NCBI GenBank assembly: GCA_051867875.1
Contig: JBJDZG010000004.1
Coordinates: 12,832-76,831 of the forward strand
DNA length: 64,000 nt
Reading direction: 5' to 3'
Source of the DNA: Eubacteriales bacterium
Lineage (GTDB): Bacteria; Bacillota; Clostridia; Oscillospirales; CAG-272
Of this stretch, positions 10,105 to 19,196 are shown in pieces. A program made the translations under genes and the position numbers. Under the pieces are notes generated by a model, which saw only the letters and a list, made by a program, of their open reading frames with translations, made no database searches and was not told where the DNA came from. The first letter of the stretch is position 1, and every line of letters starts with the position of its first letter.

Positions 10105-10206
10105 TTTTTTGTCCAACCTTCTTTAATTTTTTATTTACTGATTTTTATTAAACAATTTCCTGCCCATTTCACAACTTATAATAAACATAAAAACAAGCTC
10201 TCTTAT

Positions 10207-10235
10207 ATTATGTAATTTTTTTTGCAAAATGTCAA
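10207..10235 (-). promoter_or_regulatory. Sigma-A-like promoter upstream of sepF
   Basis: Minus strand: TTGACA (10235-10230), 17-nt spacer, CATAAT (10212-10207). Confidence 0.45.
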
Positions 10236-10340
10236 GCACTAATTGATAACTTTCGTAAAAATATTTCAAATATTCGCTGTTTTTTTAGCATTTTGGCATA
10301 ATTTCGGTCAATCGGGGTAAGATTTTTCCTCCGAGCTTTT

Positions 10341-11618
10341 CTATTTTTTAAGCACCCTGCCGTCGTACATTCCGCCCGTGTCAAGGATTATGAGGTCGTT
10401 AAGGTCGAGACATTCCCGCCAATTCTCGTCATCTCGGTCAAGCTTTTTTACTATGTAATAGCCCTCGCTCTCGGAGATTATCTCCACGCGTCTGAAATAC
10501 ACGACGCTTGCACTGAGAATATACACCCCGCTCTTCTCTTCTCCGCTCTCCTTGTCGGTAAGGGTAACGAGTGCCTGCTTCGGCACGCGATAGCCTTCCG
10601 TGAATGATATATCGAGTTTTACACCTTGATATCGCGTGTAATCAAAATCCGCGGGCATCGTAGAGCAGGAAAACACGAGCATCGTGTGCTCCCCGTCGCT
10701 CTCGCCTATTCGCTCAAGCGTGAGATTTACCTCTCTTTCCCTGATATCAAAAAGCGTTGCAGAATAGCTTTTCCCCTCTCCGAGAAGCCCTGCCGTGCCG
10801 TTATCGCAATAGGTGACTATATGCCAAGTGCTTGAAAGAACGAATTTGCATATATATCCGCTCGTCCTGACGGGCTTTTTCTTGATATCCGAGGTCATTT
10901 TCTTCAAATTTTCAAGTGTGAGAGAGGTCAGAAGCTCGGGAGTCAGTATTTCCTCGTATCCGTCGCAGGAATGGTAAAAATATCCCCCGTGTTCTGCCGA
11001 AACATACTCGATTTCTCCTTTGAACGAGGTATAAAGCCCGTCAAGTTTTTTCTCCGTTTGCTCTATCTCCGCGTCATAGTTTTTGACCTTACCCTCGTAT
11101 ATTTTCATTTTGTTGAGGGCTATGAGAAGCTGATTTTCAAGGCTTTTTGCCTTGACGCTCTCGCCCTTTGCATTGCAGGTCATAACGGCACCGTAAAGCT
11201 TGTCAATTTCGACTTCGAGCTTCTCGATATCAACTGCCGACACAAGCCCCTTGACGTTGCTCTGCTTGTATATTTCAAGCTCGTTTTGGAGCTTTTCTAT
11301 CTCGGCATTCACATTTTCGTCATTCGGCTTTGAATAGACCGCACCGACAATCATATCCACGGACGCGCGCTCGCCGTTCGAGAGATACGGACGGAACGCA
11401 CCGCCGTTTTGCGCCTTTACCGTCTGCTCGTCGCGGACAATGAGCCCTTCGAGGACGACGGACGAGTTCTGCTTTACAAGCCCCGCGGGGGTGGTCGCAA
11501 CACTCTCGGAAAGCCCGAGAGCTATGTGATAAACAGTATATAAAATAAGCAAGGAGATAATTACGGTCAGCGCTTTCCACGCAAAAGAAAATTTCGTTTT
11601 TTTCGTCTTTTCCGCCAT
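10341..11618 (-). CDS. Membrane-anchored coiled-coil protein, HlyD/membrane-fusion-like
   Basis: N-terminal TM segment (FAWKALTVIISLLILYTVYHIAL). Two coiled-coil stretches (NAEIEKLQNELEIYKQ; KVKNYDAEIEQTEKKLDGLY) are flanked by beta-rich segments. Strong SD (aaGGGGGAtaagtATG). The family call is by architecture only. Confidence 0.45.
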   Translation of the reverse strand: MAEKTKKTKFSFAWKALTVIISLLILYTVYHIALGLSESVATTPAGLVKQNSSVVLEGLIVRDEQTVKAQNGGAFRPYLSNGERASVDMIVGAVYSKPNDENVNAEIEKLQNELEIYKQSNVKGLVSAVDIEKLEVEIDKLYGAVMTCNAKGESVKAKSLENQLLIALNKMKIYEGKVKNYDAEIEQTEKKLDGLYTSFKGEIEYVSAEHGGYFYHSCDGYEEILTPELLTSLTLENLKKMTSDIKKKPVRTSGYICKFVLSSTWHIVTYCDNGTAGLLGEGKSYSATLFDIREREVNLTLERIGESDGEHTMLVFSCSTMPADFDYTRYQGVKLDISFTEGYRVPKQALVTLTDKESGEEKSGVYILSASVVYFRRVEIISESEGYYIVKKLDRDDENWRECLDLNDLIILDTGGMYDGRVLKK

Positions 11619-11636
11619 ACTTATCCCCCTTACGTA

Positions 11637-12578
11637 TCAGTTTTCTTTTATTATTTTTTCCGCCTCGTCGGCAAGGTCGGAAAGCGTTTTGCCGTCAGCC
11701 AAAAGCCACCTGACGTCCCCGTGAGCGGAGAACCAGGTAAGCTGACGCTTTGCGTATCTTCTCGTGGCAATTTTCAAGTCCTCAACTGCCTCATCGAGCG
11801 TTTTTCCACCCTCAAAATATGACAAAAGCTCCTTGTAGCCTATCGCCTGCGCAGCAGTTGCATTTGATTCAAAAACTCCGTCGTCGAGCAGGGCTTTCGT
11901 TTCTTCAAGAAGTCCCGCGTCAAGCATTTTGTCAACGCGGAGATTTATTCTTTCGTAAAGGATTTCTCTATCGGCGTATTTTATGCCTATCTGCACCGCC
12001 TCGTATTTGCTCTCAAAGCTCTTGCTCACGGCATCGATTTGACTTTTCGTTTTTCCCGAGGTCTTGTATATTTCGAGCGCGCGGATAACGCGCTTTACGT
12101 TGTTCGGGTGAATTTCCTCGGCAGATACGGGGTCAATCTCCCGCAGTTTTTCGTGGAGCGCCTCATTTCCGTACAAAAGGGCAAATTCCTTCATTTCTTT
12201 TCTGAAAGCAACGTCTGTTTCGGTGCTCTCAAAATCCGCCCCCGACAGAAATCTGTCAAGATACAGTCCCGTACCGCCGCAGAAAATCGGGAGCTTTCCG
12301 CGGGAAAGTATGTCCTGCACCGCGCTTTTCGCGAGCGGTATGTAATCCGCGCAAGAAAACGGTGAATGGGGGTCGGCAAAATCGAAAAGGTGATGCTTCG
12401 CCGCCGCAAGCTCGTCTGCGTCGGGCTTCGCCGTGCCGATATTCATTTGCTTGTATATCTGCATTGAATCGCAGCAGATTATCTCCCCGTCAAGCCTTTT
12501 TGCAAGCTCGACGGCGAGCGCGCTCTTGCCGCTCGCGGTTGGTCCTACGACCGCCAAAATTCTCGGTTTCATTTGCAT
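11637..12578 (-). CDS. miaA: tRNA dimethylallyltransferase
   Basis: P-loop GPTASGKS followed by DSMQIYKQMNIGTAKP, a canonical MiaA N-terminus. Confidence 0.95.
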   Translation of the reverse strand: MQMKPRILAVVGPTASGKSALAVELAKRLDGEIICCDSMQIYKQMNIGTAKPDADELAAAKHHLFDFADPHSPFSCADYIPLAKSAVQDILSRGKLPIFCGGTGLYLDRFLSGADFESTETDVAFRKEMKEFALLYGNEALHEKLREIDPVSAEEIHPNNVKRVIRALEIYKTSGKTKSQIDAVSKSFESKYEAVQIGIKYADREILYERINLRVDKMLDAGLLEETKALLDDGVFESNATAAQAIGYKELLSYFEGGKTLDEAVEDLKIATRRYAKRQLTWFSAHGDVRWLLADGKTLSDLADEAEKIIKEN

Positions 12579-12608
12579 CTCCTGTTGTGGTACTTAATTT
12601 GTAAAGAT

Positions 12609-12650
12609 GCAACTTTTTTCGGAAAAAAGTTGCAAAAAACCTTTTTGCAG
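12609..12650 (-). terminator. Terminator hairpins downstream of the 2-hydroxyacid dehydrogenase gene
   Basis: Two adjacent A/T-rich palindromes: gcaactttttt-cgg-aaaaaagttgc and tgcaaaaa-cc-tttttgca. Either could terminate, in either direction. Confidence 0.5.
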
Positions 12651-12714
12651 AGCTTCACGGTGTAAATCTCGCACAAATTGATTTTATTTTAACCGGTTTA
12701 TTATACCATACTCA

Positions 12715-13668
12715 TTATGTCAAATCAACTCTGTTTCGCGTTTTTCCCGAGAAAAATGCCACTATATTTTCTCTCACCTCATCGCAGAGGCGAACTCTCG
12801 ATTCATACGCTCCCCAAGCCATGTGCGGTGTTAGAATGACATTGCCCATATTCTTGATTTCATAGAACGGGTGCCCATTGGAAAACGGCTCGGCAGAATA
12901 CACGTCGCATCCGAAACCGCTGATTTTTCCGCTCTTTACGGCTTCCGCTACGGCTCTCTCATCGGTCACTGCGCCGCGCGCCACGTTTACTAAAATAACG
13001 CCGTCACGCATACATGAAATGCGCTCCTCATTTATAAGTCCTCTTGTACCGTCATTCAGCGGTGTATGTACGGTAATAATGTCGCACTCACGGCAGAGCG
13101 TGTCGATATCGACACACTCGAAACCTTCCACCGCTTCCCTTTTGTTCACCAAAATTCTGCAACCGAGTGCGTCGGCAATTTTTGCCACCTTGCGTCCTAT
13201 ATTGCCAAAGCCCACGATGCCCCAAGTCTTGCCCTCTATCTCGTGATACGCAGGCGTAAGAATATTTGCAACACCGCACTCGCTGTATTTTCCGCTCGCA
13301 ACACTCTCGCGGTAATCAAAAATTTTATTGCAGAGATCGAGCACCATTCCCGCCGTAATCTGAGCGACGCTGCTTGTTGAATAGCCGACGACGTTGCAGA
13401 CACCTATTTTCCTCTCGCGCGCAAAGGCGAGGTCGATATTGTCAAAGCCCGTCGCGGTTACGCAGATGAGCTTAAGATTTTTCGCGTCCGAAAGATTATG
13501 CTCGCCGAGTTTAAGTTTATTCGTAACTGCCACGTCGCAGTCTGCGACTCTGAACGCAATCTCTGCGTCCGTGCTCGTCGGATATATTTCAATCTCGCCA
13601 AGATCGGAAAAATAAGAAAGGTCTATATCCTCACCCAAGGTGAGCGCATCAAGAAAAACTATTTTCAT
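12715..13668 (-). CDS. D-isomer-specific 2-hydroxyacid dehydrogenase (glycerate/hydroxypyruvate reductase-like)
   Basis: NAD-binding GIVGFGNIGRKVA and a catalytic-region ...TPHMAW... pattern. Start trimmed to MKIVFLDALTLG (ATG 13668). Confidence 0.85.
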   Translation of the reverse strand: MKIVFLDALTLGEDIDLSYFSDLGEIEIYPTSTDAEIAFRVADCDVAVTNKLKLGEHNLSDAKNLKLICVTATGFDNIDLAFARERKIGVCNVVGYSTSSVAQITAGMVLDLCNKIFDYRESVASGKYSECGVANILTPAYHEIEGKTWGIVGFGNIGRKVAKIADALGCRILVNKREAVEGFECVDIDTLCRECDIITVHTPLNDGTRGLINEERISCMRDGVILVNVARGAVTDERAVAEAVKSGKISGFGCDVYSAEPFSNGHPFYEIKNMGNVILTPHMAWGAYESRVRLCDEVRENIVAFFSGKTRNRVDLT

Positions 13669-13720
13669 AAAATACTCCGTTTCATAGGTAAAATTTAAGC
13701 AATACAATGTATTTTAACAT

Positions 13721-13752
13721 AAAAAAGGCACGATTACAATAGAATCGCGCCT
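13721..13752 (-). terminator. Rho-independent terminator after the XRE/S24 regulator gene
   Basis: Imperfect stem aggcacgatt/aatcgcgcct. The plus-strand A-run at 13721-13726 gives a U-run on the minus transcript. Confidence 0.55.
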
Positions 13753-13769
13753 TTAATTTCAAAATTTTA

Positions 13770-14588
13770 TTATTTTCTCTTGAGCTTGCCGATAACGCGT
13801 CCGACGCAGCTTACGTTTTCAAAATCTTTGAGCAAAATATCTCCGTAAACGCTGTTCATAGAGATAAGTCTGTCGCCGCCGTAAATCTTGAAATAGCCGT
13901 TTCCGTCGAGAATGAAAATACCGAGCTCGCCGACCTCAACGCAGTCCGAATTGGAAACGAGAAGCACGTCGCCGTCGCGGTATTTTGGCTCCATACTGTT
14001 ACCGCTGATGCGGAGAGCAAAATCTGCTTCCCTCGTTCTGTCGTTATCGGGAATCATTATCTCCTCACTTGAAGGCGAGTCAACGAACACGCCGACACCG
14101 GCAGATACGGGCATATCGTAAAGAGCAAGGGCTCTTTTGCCGAGTCCTCTGCTCTGTGCGAGCTCGCGTACGCTCGGCTTTGCAACGGATACTGCCGTGG
14201 GCAGAATCTTGCCCGCATTTCCTTCCTTATATTCGAGTGAGTGGTCCTGATACGGTGCTCTTGCGACTCTTTCCTTCTCCTTGTCGAGGACGAGTGTAAC
14301 GAGCTCCTTTCCGTGATGGTCGAGAGCGCGGTAATTTTCAATCAATCTCATCTCTCCTCTGTCGAGAGTGAAATTATTCGTATTCTCGGGAACACCGCTT
14401 ACGACGTATTCGAGGGACACACCAAGTGCGTCGCAAATCGCAACGATATTCGAAAGCTTGGGCGAATCGCTGATGCCCGCAAGTATCTTGCTGAGCGTTC
14501 CGAGCGGAATACCCGTCATCTCGCTGAGTGCGTCGTTGGTTATCTTCTTTTCACTTTTTATCTGTTTTATTCTGTCGATATAATCCAT
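13770..14588 (-). CDS. XRE-family HTH regulator fused to an S24 (LexA/CI-like) self-cleaving peptidase domain
   Basis: N-terminal HTH_3-like region (ITNDALSEMTGIPLGTLSKILAG...LSNIVAICDALGVSLEYVV). C-terminal S24 signature ISGNSMEPKYRDGDVLLV with a downstream basic GRVIGKLKRK. Confidence 0.85.
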   Translation of the reverse strand: MDYIDRIKQIKSEKKITNDALSEMTGIPLGTLSKILAGISDSPKLSNIVAICDALGVSLEYVVSGVPENTNNFTLDRGEMRLIENYRALDHHGKELVTLVLDKEKERVARAPYQDHSLEYKEGNAGKILPTAVSVAKPSVRELAQSRGLGKRALALYDMPVSAGVGVFVDSPSSEEIMIPDNDRTREADFALRISGNSMEPKYRDGDVLLVSNSDCVEVGELGIFILDGNGYFKIYGGDRLISMNSVYGDILLKDFENVSCVGRVIGKLKRK

Positions 14589-14710
14589 AGTAAAATTCCT
14601 TTCTTAAGGTGAATTTTCCTTTTACGGACTTATTATAGCACCATTTTTTCCATTTGTAAAGGGGTTTTTGAAAATTAATAAAATATTTTTCCGATTTTTG
14701 AAAAAATATA

Positions 14711-14739
14711 TTGACAAATGCTGTCGAATGTGGTATTAT
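14711..14739 (+). promoter_or_regulatory. Sigma-A-like (extended -10) promoter for the small membrane protein gene, divergent from the XRE/S24 gene
   Basis: TTGACA (14711-14716), 17-nt spacer ending in TGg, then TATTAT (14734-14739). Confidence 0.55.
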
Positions 14740-14780
14740 CAAGTTACAATAATTCCATTTTACGAAAAAGGAGATACATT

Positions 14781-15122
14781 ATGAACGCTTCTTACAGATA
14801 TAAAAATAGCAGAAACAACCTATATTTCACTCCCGCCTCTTCCAAAAAAGGAAGTTGCCGTCCCTTCGTTCGCCGTCAGTCCGCTTGCGTCGAGTTTGCC
14901 GACAGATGCCTTGCTTTCATTGATACGGTACTTGATTTCTTCTGCTCTGCAAGGTTCCTTATTCGCGCAAAGGCGACCTTTGCATTCGTCGCTCTCGTAG
15001 GACTTCTCGGCATCATCGGCGGAATGGAGTTCGGCACAGTTTCCCTGCTCTCGGGCACCGTATGCCTCGCGCTCGTCATCGCACTTGAATTTCTGGTAAT
15101 TAAAGACGAAACGAATTATTAA
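14781..15122 (+). CDS. Small hypothetical membrane protein
   Basis: ATG at 14781 follows aaAGGAGatacatt. The C-terminal half has two hydrophobic segments (FAFVALVGLLGIIGG; VSLLSGTVCLALVIALEFLV). I recognise no family. Confidence 0.5.
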   Translation: MNASYRYKNSRNNLYFTPASSKKGSCRPFVRRQSACVEFADRCLAFIDTVLDFFCSARFLIRAKATFAFVALVGLLGIIGGMEFGTVSLLSGTVCLALVIALEFLVIKDETNY

Positions 15123-15165
15123 GAATTTATCAAATAATTATTAATAAATTATTAAGAATGAATAC

Positions 15166-15192
15166 AAAAAGGCGGCTAACAACCGCCTTTTT
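15166..15192. terminator. Bidirectional terminator between the small membrane protein gene and the HIT gene
   Basis: aaaaaGGCGGctaacaaCCGCCttttt: a short GC stem flanked by A- and T-runs. Confidence 0.6.
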
Positions 15193-15193
15193 G

Positions 15194-15532
15194 TTACGCC
15201 ATTCTGTCGCTCATCTTCGCTCCGCCGAGAATGTGGAAATGGAGATGATGAACGCTCTGGCAAGCATCGTCTCCGCAGTTTGAGATTACGCGATAACCGT
15301 TCTCGATTCCTGCTTCCTTGGCAATTTTGGGGATATTTTCAAAAATCTCCGCAACGATTTTGCTGTTTTCGGAATTTATGCCGTCAACGGACTCGATGTG
15401 CACCTTCGGTATTACCAAAATATGCACGGGTGCCTGAGGTGCAATATCGTAAAACGCGTAGATATTTTCATTTTCAAAAGCCTTTTTTGAGGGAATTTCT
15501 CCCGCGATTATTTTACAAAACAAACAGTTCAT
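15194..15532 (-). CDS. HIT-family (histidine triad) nucleotide hydrolase
   Basis: 112 aa with the histidine triad HHLHFHILGG and N-terminal CLFCKII. Confidence 0.9.
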   Translation of the reverse strand: MNCLFCKIIAGEIPSKKAFENENIYAFYDIAPQAPVHILVIPKVHIESVDGINSENSKIVAEIFENIPKIAKEAGIENGYRVISNCGDDACQSVHHLHFHILGGAKMSDRMA

Positions 15533-15596
15533 AATTTTTCCTCCTGAATTTTATATACTGATTTTAGCACTATTTTTACCAATAGTCAATAAATTC

Positions 15597-15625
15597 TTGA
15601 TATTTTTCATTTTTTGTGTTACAAT
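15597..15625 (+). promoter_or_regulatory. Sigma-A-like promoter upstream of the FkbM-family methyltransferase gene
   Basis: TTGATA (15597-15602), 17-nt spacer, TACAAT (15620-15625). Confidence 0.5.
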
Positions 15626-15653
15626 GGCTTTATAAATATTTATGAGGTTTGAG

Positions 15654-16739
15654 ATGAATATAGAAATAAAAACGGATTTGTGGCAATACCTAAAAAGTGC
15701 CGACCGCCCCGTAGTAATGTACGGAATGGGCAACGGCGCCGACAAAATAATAAATGTGCTCTCGCGCTACGGCGTCGGAGTTGCGGACTTTTTCGCAAGC
15801 GACGGATTCGTACGCGGACACAAGTTTCACGGCAAGACCGTGCTCTCTTACAGCGCAATGAAAGAAAAATACGAGGGACAAAACCCGATAGTTCTGCTCT
15901 CATTTGCCTCTTCTCTGCCCGACGTACTCGCGCTTTTCAGACGTGTCGGAGAGGAGTGCGAGCTCTACGCGCCCGACGTGCCCGTTTTCGGTGAAACGCT
16001 TTTCACCATTGAATTTTTTGAGGAAAACCGAGAGAGATTTGAGCGTGTTTGGGAGCGTCTTGCCGATGACCAATCGCGCAAAATCTATGAAAACGTGATA
16101 AAATACAAGCTCACCGGCGACCTCAAATATCTTTGGGACTCAGAGAGCGACAGGGACGAGGTTTACCGCGGTATTCTGTGGTGTGAAAACATTTCAAGCT
16201 ATCTCGACCTCGGCGCGTACAACGGCGACACCGTGCGCGAAATGCTTCACTACAACCCGAACCTGAAAAAGGCTGTCGCGCTTGAACCCGACGCACGCAA
16301 TTTCCGCAAGCTCTTGGAGTATTCGGGAACGCTTGAAAATATCGAGATTGAATGTATCAATGCAGGAGCGTGGAACGAAGAAACGACGCTTCTTTTCGAT
16401 GCGAGCGGAAACAGAAACGCGGGCATTGTAAGCAAAGGAAATACAGTTTCAAAAATCAAGGAAGTTCCCGTTACGACGGTTGACCGCGTTCTCGGCGGTG
16501 AGCGAGTCGATTACATTAAATACGACGTTGAGGGCTCGGAGAAAGAAGCTCTTTTGGGCTCGGCAGACACGGTAAGGGCGTACGCGCCTGCACTTCTCGT
16601 GTCCCTCTATCACAGGAGCGAGGACCTTTTTGCGCTCCCCGAGCTCGTCCTCTCACTCTGCCCCGACTATTCACTCTATCTGCGCCGATTTGCCTATATT
16701 CCCGCGTGGGACCTCAATCTCTATGCAATTAAAAAATAA
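15654..16739 (+). CDS. FkbM-family SAM-dependent methyltransferase with an N-terminal Rossmann-like extension
   Basis: LDLGAYNGDTVRE (SAM-binding motif I-like) and ...DYIKYDVEGSEKEAL... match FkbM-type methyltransferases. Start is either ATG 15642 or ATG 15654, and the latter has GAGG 6 nt upstream. Confidence 0.7.
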   Translation: MNIEIKTDLWQYLKSADRPVVMYGMGNGADKIINVLSRYGVGVADFFASDGFVRGHKFHGKTVLSYSAMKEKYEGQNPIVLLSFASSLPDVLALFRRVGEECELYAPDVPVFGETLFTIEFFEENRERFERVWERLADDQSRKIYENVIKYKLTGDLKYLWDSESDRDEVYRGILWCENISSYLDLGAYNGDTVREMLHYNPNLKKAVALEPDARNFRKLLEYSGTLENIEIECINAGAWNEETTLLFDASGNRNAGIVSKGNTVSKIKEVPVTTVDRVLGGERVDYIKYDVEGSEKEALLGSADTVRAYAPALLVSLYHRSEDLFALPELVLSLCPDYSLYLRRFAYIPAWDLNLYAIKK

Positions 16740-16742
16740 CGA

Positions 16743-16777
16743 AACAGCAGAGTTTCTCGCAAAACTCTGCTGTTTTT
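16743..16777 (+). terminator. Rho-independent terminator after the FkbM-family gene
   Basis: Perfect 13-bp stem aacagcagagttt/aaactctgctgtt running into a T-run. Confidence 0.8.
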
Positions 16778-16863
16778 GTCGAAAAAGTTTGATATATTTT
16801 TCACAATATACAAATTCAACAATGTTTTTATAAATTTTTTTGTATATTTATCATAAATATTAA

Positions 16864-16892
16864 TTGACATTTTTCTCTGTCTTTGATATAAT
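16864..16892 (+). promoter_or_regulatory. Sigma-A-like promoter of the rnf operon
   Basis: TTGACA (16864-16869), 17-nt spacer, TATAAT (16887-16892). Confidence 0.6.
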
Positions 16893-16926
16893 GAAAAATG
16901 TTGAATATTAAAATAAATATGAAGGA

Positions 16927-18249
16927 GTGAACGAATTGCCTTTATTCAAATTACCGGGTGTTTCCCTGCCGCACAAAAAAGGGACTGCGGGTCTTGCTCC
17001 CGTGGCAATGCCCTCTCCGAAGAGTATCCTCGTGCCCCTTTCAATGCACATAGGTGCTCCTGCGACTCCCGTTGTCAAAGCCGGCGACGAGGTCAAGGTA
17101 GGTCAGGTCATAGCAGAAGCCGGCGGATACGTTTCCGCTAAAATTCATTCAAGCGTTTCGGGCAAGGTCAAAAATACCGACACGACTATTCTTTCCAACG
17201 GAAGAAAGGTTCCCGCTATTCTCATTGAGAGCGACGGTCTTGACACGCCCTATGAAGAACTCTCGCCAAGAGAGGTCAACACGCTCGAAGAACTCGTCGA
17301 AGCCGTTAAGGAAAGCGGCATCGTAGGTCTTGGCGGTGCGGGCTTCCCCACCGCAGTAAAGCTCAACGTAAAGAGCGTTGACGAAATAGTCATCAACGGT
17401 GCGGAATGCGAGCCCTACATAACAAGCGACACGAGAACGATGCTTGACCGAAGCGAGGATATCTCTTTCGGCATAAAGCTTCTCAAAAAATGCTTAAAGC
17501 CCAAGAAGGTAATCTTCGGAATTGAGAAAAACAAGCCCGATTGTATTGCCAATATCGAAAGAATAGCTTCCAGAATTTCAAACGTTGAGGTGGTTCCTCT
17601 CAAAGCCATGTATCCTCAAGGAGGCGAGAAGGTTCTCGTATATCACACGACGGGCAAGACGATTATGGAAGGAAAGCTCCCCATTGACGCGGGAGTTATC
17701 GTTATCAACTGCACGACTCTTGCGGAGATTGCAAGCTTTGTAAGAACGGGTATGCCCCTGACGAAAAAGTGCATAACGATTGACGGCGGAGCGGTAGCAG
17801 AACCCAAGAACGTAATTGCTCCGATAGGCACGAGAATTGCCGACGTTATCGAATTTGCGGGCGGACTGAAAGAGCCTGCCAAAAAGGTCATTCTCGGCGG
17901 TCCTATGATGGGCTGGTCGGTTGAGAGCATGGAAATGCCCGTTATGAAAAATACCAACGCGGTTCTCTTCTTCAATGAAAAAGAAGCGACTGTTCCCGAG
18001 CCCACGGCGTGTATCAAGTGCGGTGCGTGCACGAACGCTTGTCCCTTCGGTCTTGACCCCAAGGCGTTCGTTCAGGCTTTGCGCGCAGGCGATGACGAGG
18101 CACTCGTAGAGCTTAAAGCTCACGTCTGCATGGAATGCGGCTGCTGTGCATTCGTATGCCCTGCAAAGCGTCAGCTCGTTCACACAAATAAAATTGCAAA
18201 GGCTAAAGCCATGAAAATTATCAGAGAGCGTAAGGAGGCACAGAAATAA
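16927..18249 (+). CDS. rnfC: Rnf electron-transport complex subunit C
   Basis: NADH/FMN-binding region GIVGLGGAGFPT and two ferredoxin-type clusters, CIKCGACTNACP and CMECGCCAFVCP. Start is GTG 16927 or in-frame TTG 16936, which has better spacing from GGAG. Confidence 0.93.
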   Translation: MNELPLFKLPGVSLPHKKGTAGLAPVAMPSPKSILVPLSMHIGAPATPVVKAGDEVKVGQVIAEAGGYVSAKIHSSVSGKVKNTDTTILSNGRKVPAILIESDGLDTPYEELSPREVNTLEELVEAVKESGIVGLGGAGFPTAVKLNVKSVDEIVINGAECEPYITSDTRTMLDRSEDISFGIKLLKKCLKPKKVIFGIEKNKPDCIANIERIASRISNVEVVPLKAMYPQGGEKVLVYHTTGKTIMEGKLPIDAGVIVINCTTLAEIASFVRTGMPLTKKCITIDGGAVAEPKNVIAPIGTRIADVIEFAGGLKEPAKKVILGGPMMGWSVESMEMPVMKNTNAVLFFNEKEATVPEPTACIKCGACTNACPFGLDPKAFVQALRAGDDEALVELKAHVCMECGCCAFVCPAKRQLVHTNKIAKAKAMKIIRERKEAQK

Positions 18250-19196
18250 TGAATAATCTTTTGACAGTATCTCCTTCTCCCCACATAAGAGGCAAACGCA
18301 CGACGAGGTCCGTTATGGGCACGGTGCTCCTTGCACTTTTCCCCGCTGTGATAGCGTCCGTTTTTCTCTACGGTGTTCACGCACTGCTCGTTTTGCTCAC
18401 AGCAAACGTATGCTGCGGACTGTTTGAATTTATCTGGTGCAAAGCAAGAAAGCTTAAAGATACTACCTGCGACCTCTCCTGTTTTGTAACGGGAACGCTC
18501 CTCGCACTCACTCTCCCCGCAAATCTCGGAGAGCTTAAAAACCTTTGGATTGTCGCATTCGGCGCGCTCGTTGCGATAATCGTGGTCAAGGAAATGTTCG
18601 GCGGTATCGGTTACAACTTTGTAAATCCCGCCATCACGGCAAGAATAGTTCTTCTCGTGTGCTTCCCCGACCTTATGACCGCAACGGTACATACCAATCT
18701 CACAGATGCAGAGCTTGCATCCGGTGCGACTCCCCTCGGCGACATCGCCATGGGAAAGACCGAGCTTCTTCCGTCACTTACCGATATGCTCATCGGCAAC
18801 CGCGCAGGTGCTCTCGGTGAGGGCTGTGCAATAGCACTCATTATCGGCGGAATCATTCTTATCGCTGCTAAGGTCATCACTTGGCACATTCCCGTGTCCT
18901 TTATAGTAACTGTGGGACTTTTCACGCTTGCAACGGGTTCTATGCCCTCTTATCAGCTCCTCGCGGGCGGTCTTCTCATCGGTGCGTTCTTTATGGCTAC
19001 CGACTACACGACCTCTCCCGACACTGCGTGGGGTAAACTCATCTTCGGTGTCGGTTGCGGTCTTATCACTGCAATTATCCGTGTGTACGGCTCGTATCCC
19101 GAGGGTGTTTCATTTGCTATCCTGCTTATGAATATTATCAATCCCTACATCATCAAGCTCACAAGAAAGAAAGCGTTCGGAGGTGTTAAGTCATGA
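18249..19196 (+). CDS. rnfD: Rnf complex subunit D
   Basis: Polytopic membrane protein with the covalent-FMN site context ELASGATPLG. It is second in rnfCDGEAB order. Confidence 0.92.
   Translation: MNNLLTVSPSPHIRGKRTTRSVMGTVLLALFPAVIASVFLYGVHALLVLLTANVCCGLFEFIWCKARKLKDTTCDLSCFVTGTLLALTLPANLGELKNLWIVAFGALVAIIVVKEMFGGIGYNFVNPAITARIVLLVCFPDLMTATVHTNLTDAELASGATPLGDIAMGKTELLPSLTDMLIGNRAGALGEGCAIALIIGGIILIAAKVITWHIPVSFIVTVGLFTLATGSMPSYQLLAGGLLIGAFFMATDYTTSPDTAWGKLIFGVGCGLITAIIRVYGSYPEGVSFAILLMNIINPYIIKLTRKKAFGGVKS

Noticed and set aside
13770-14588. The XRE/S24 protein considered as the SOS repressor LexA.
   Set aside because: The N-terminal domain is an XRE-type HTH rather than the LexA winged helix. 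No GAAC-N4-GTTC-type SOS box is visible in its upstream region. I kept it as a CI-like regulator.
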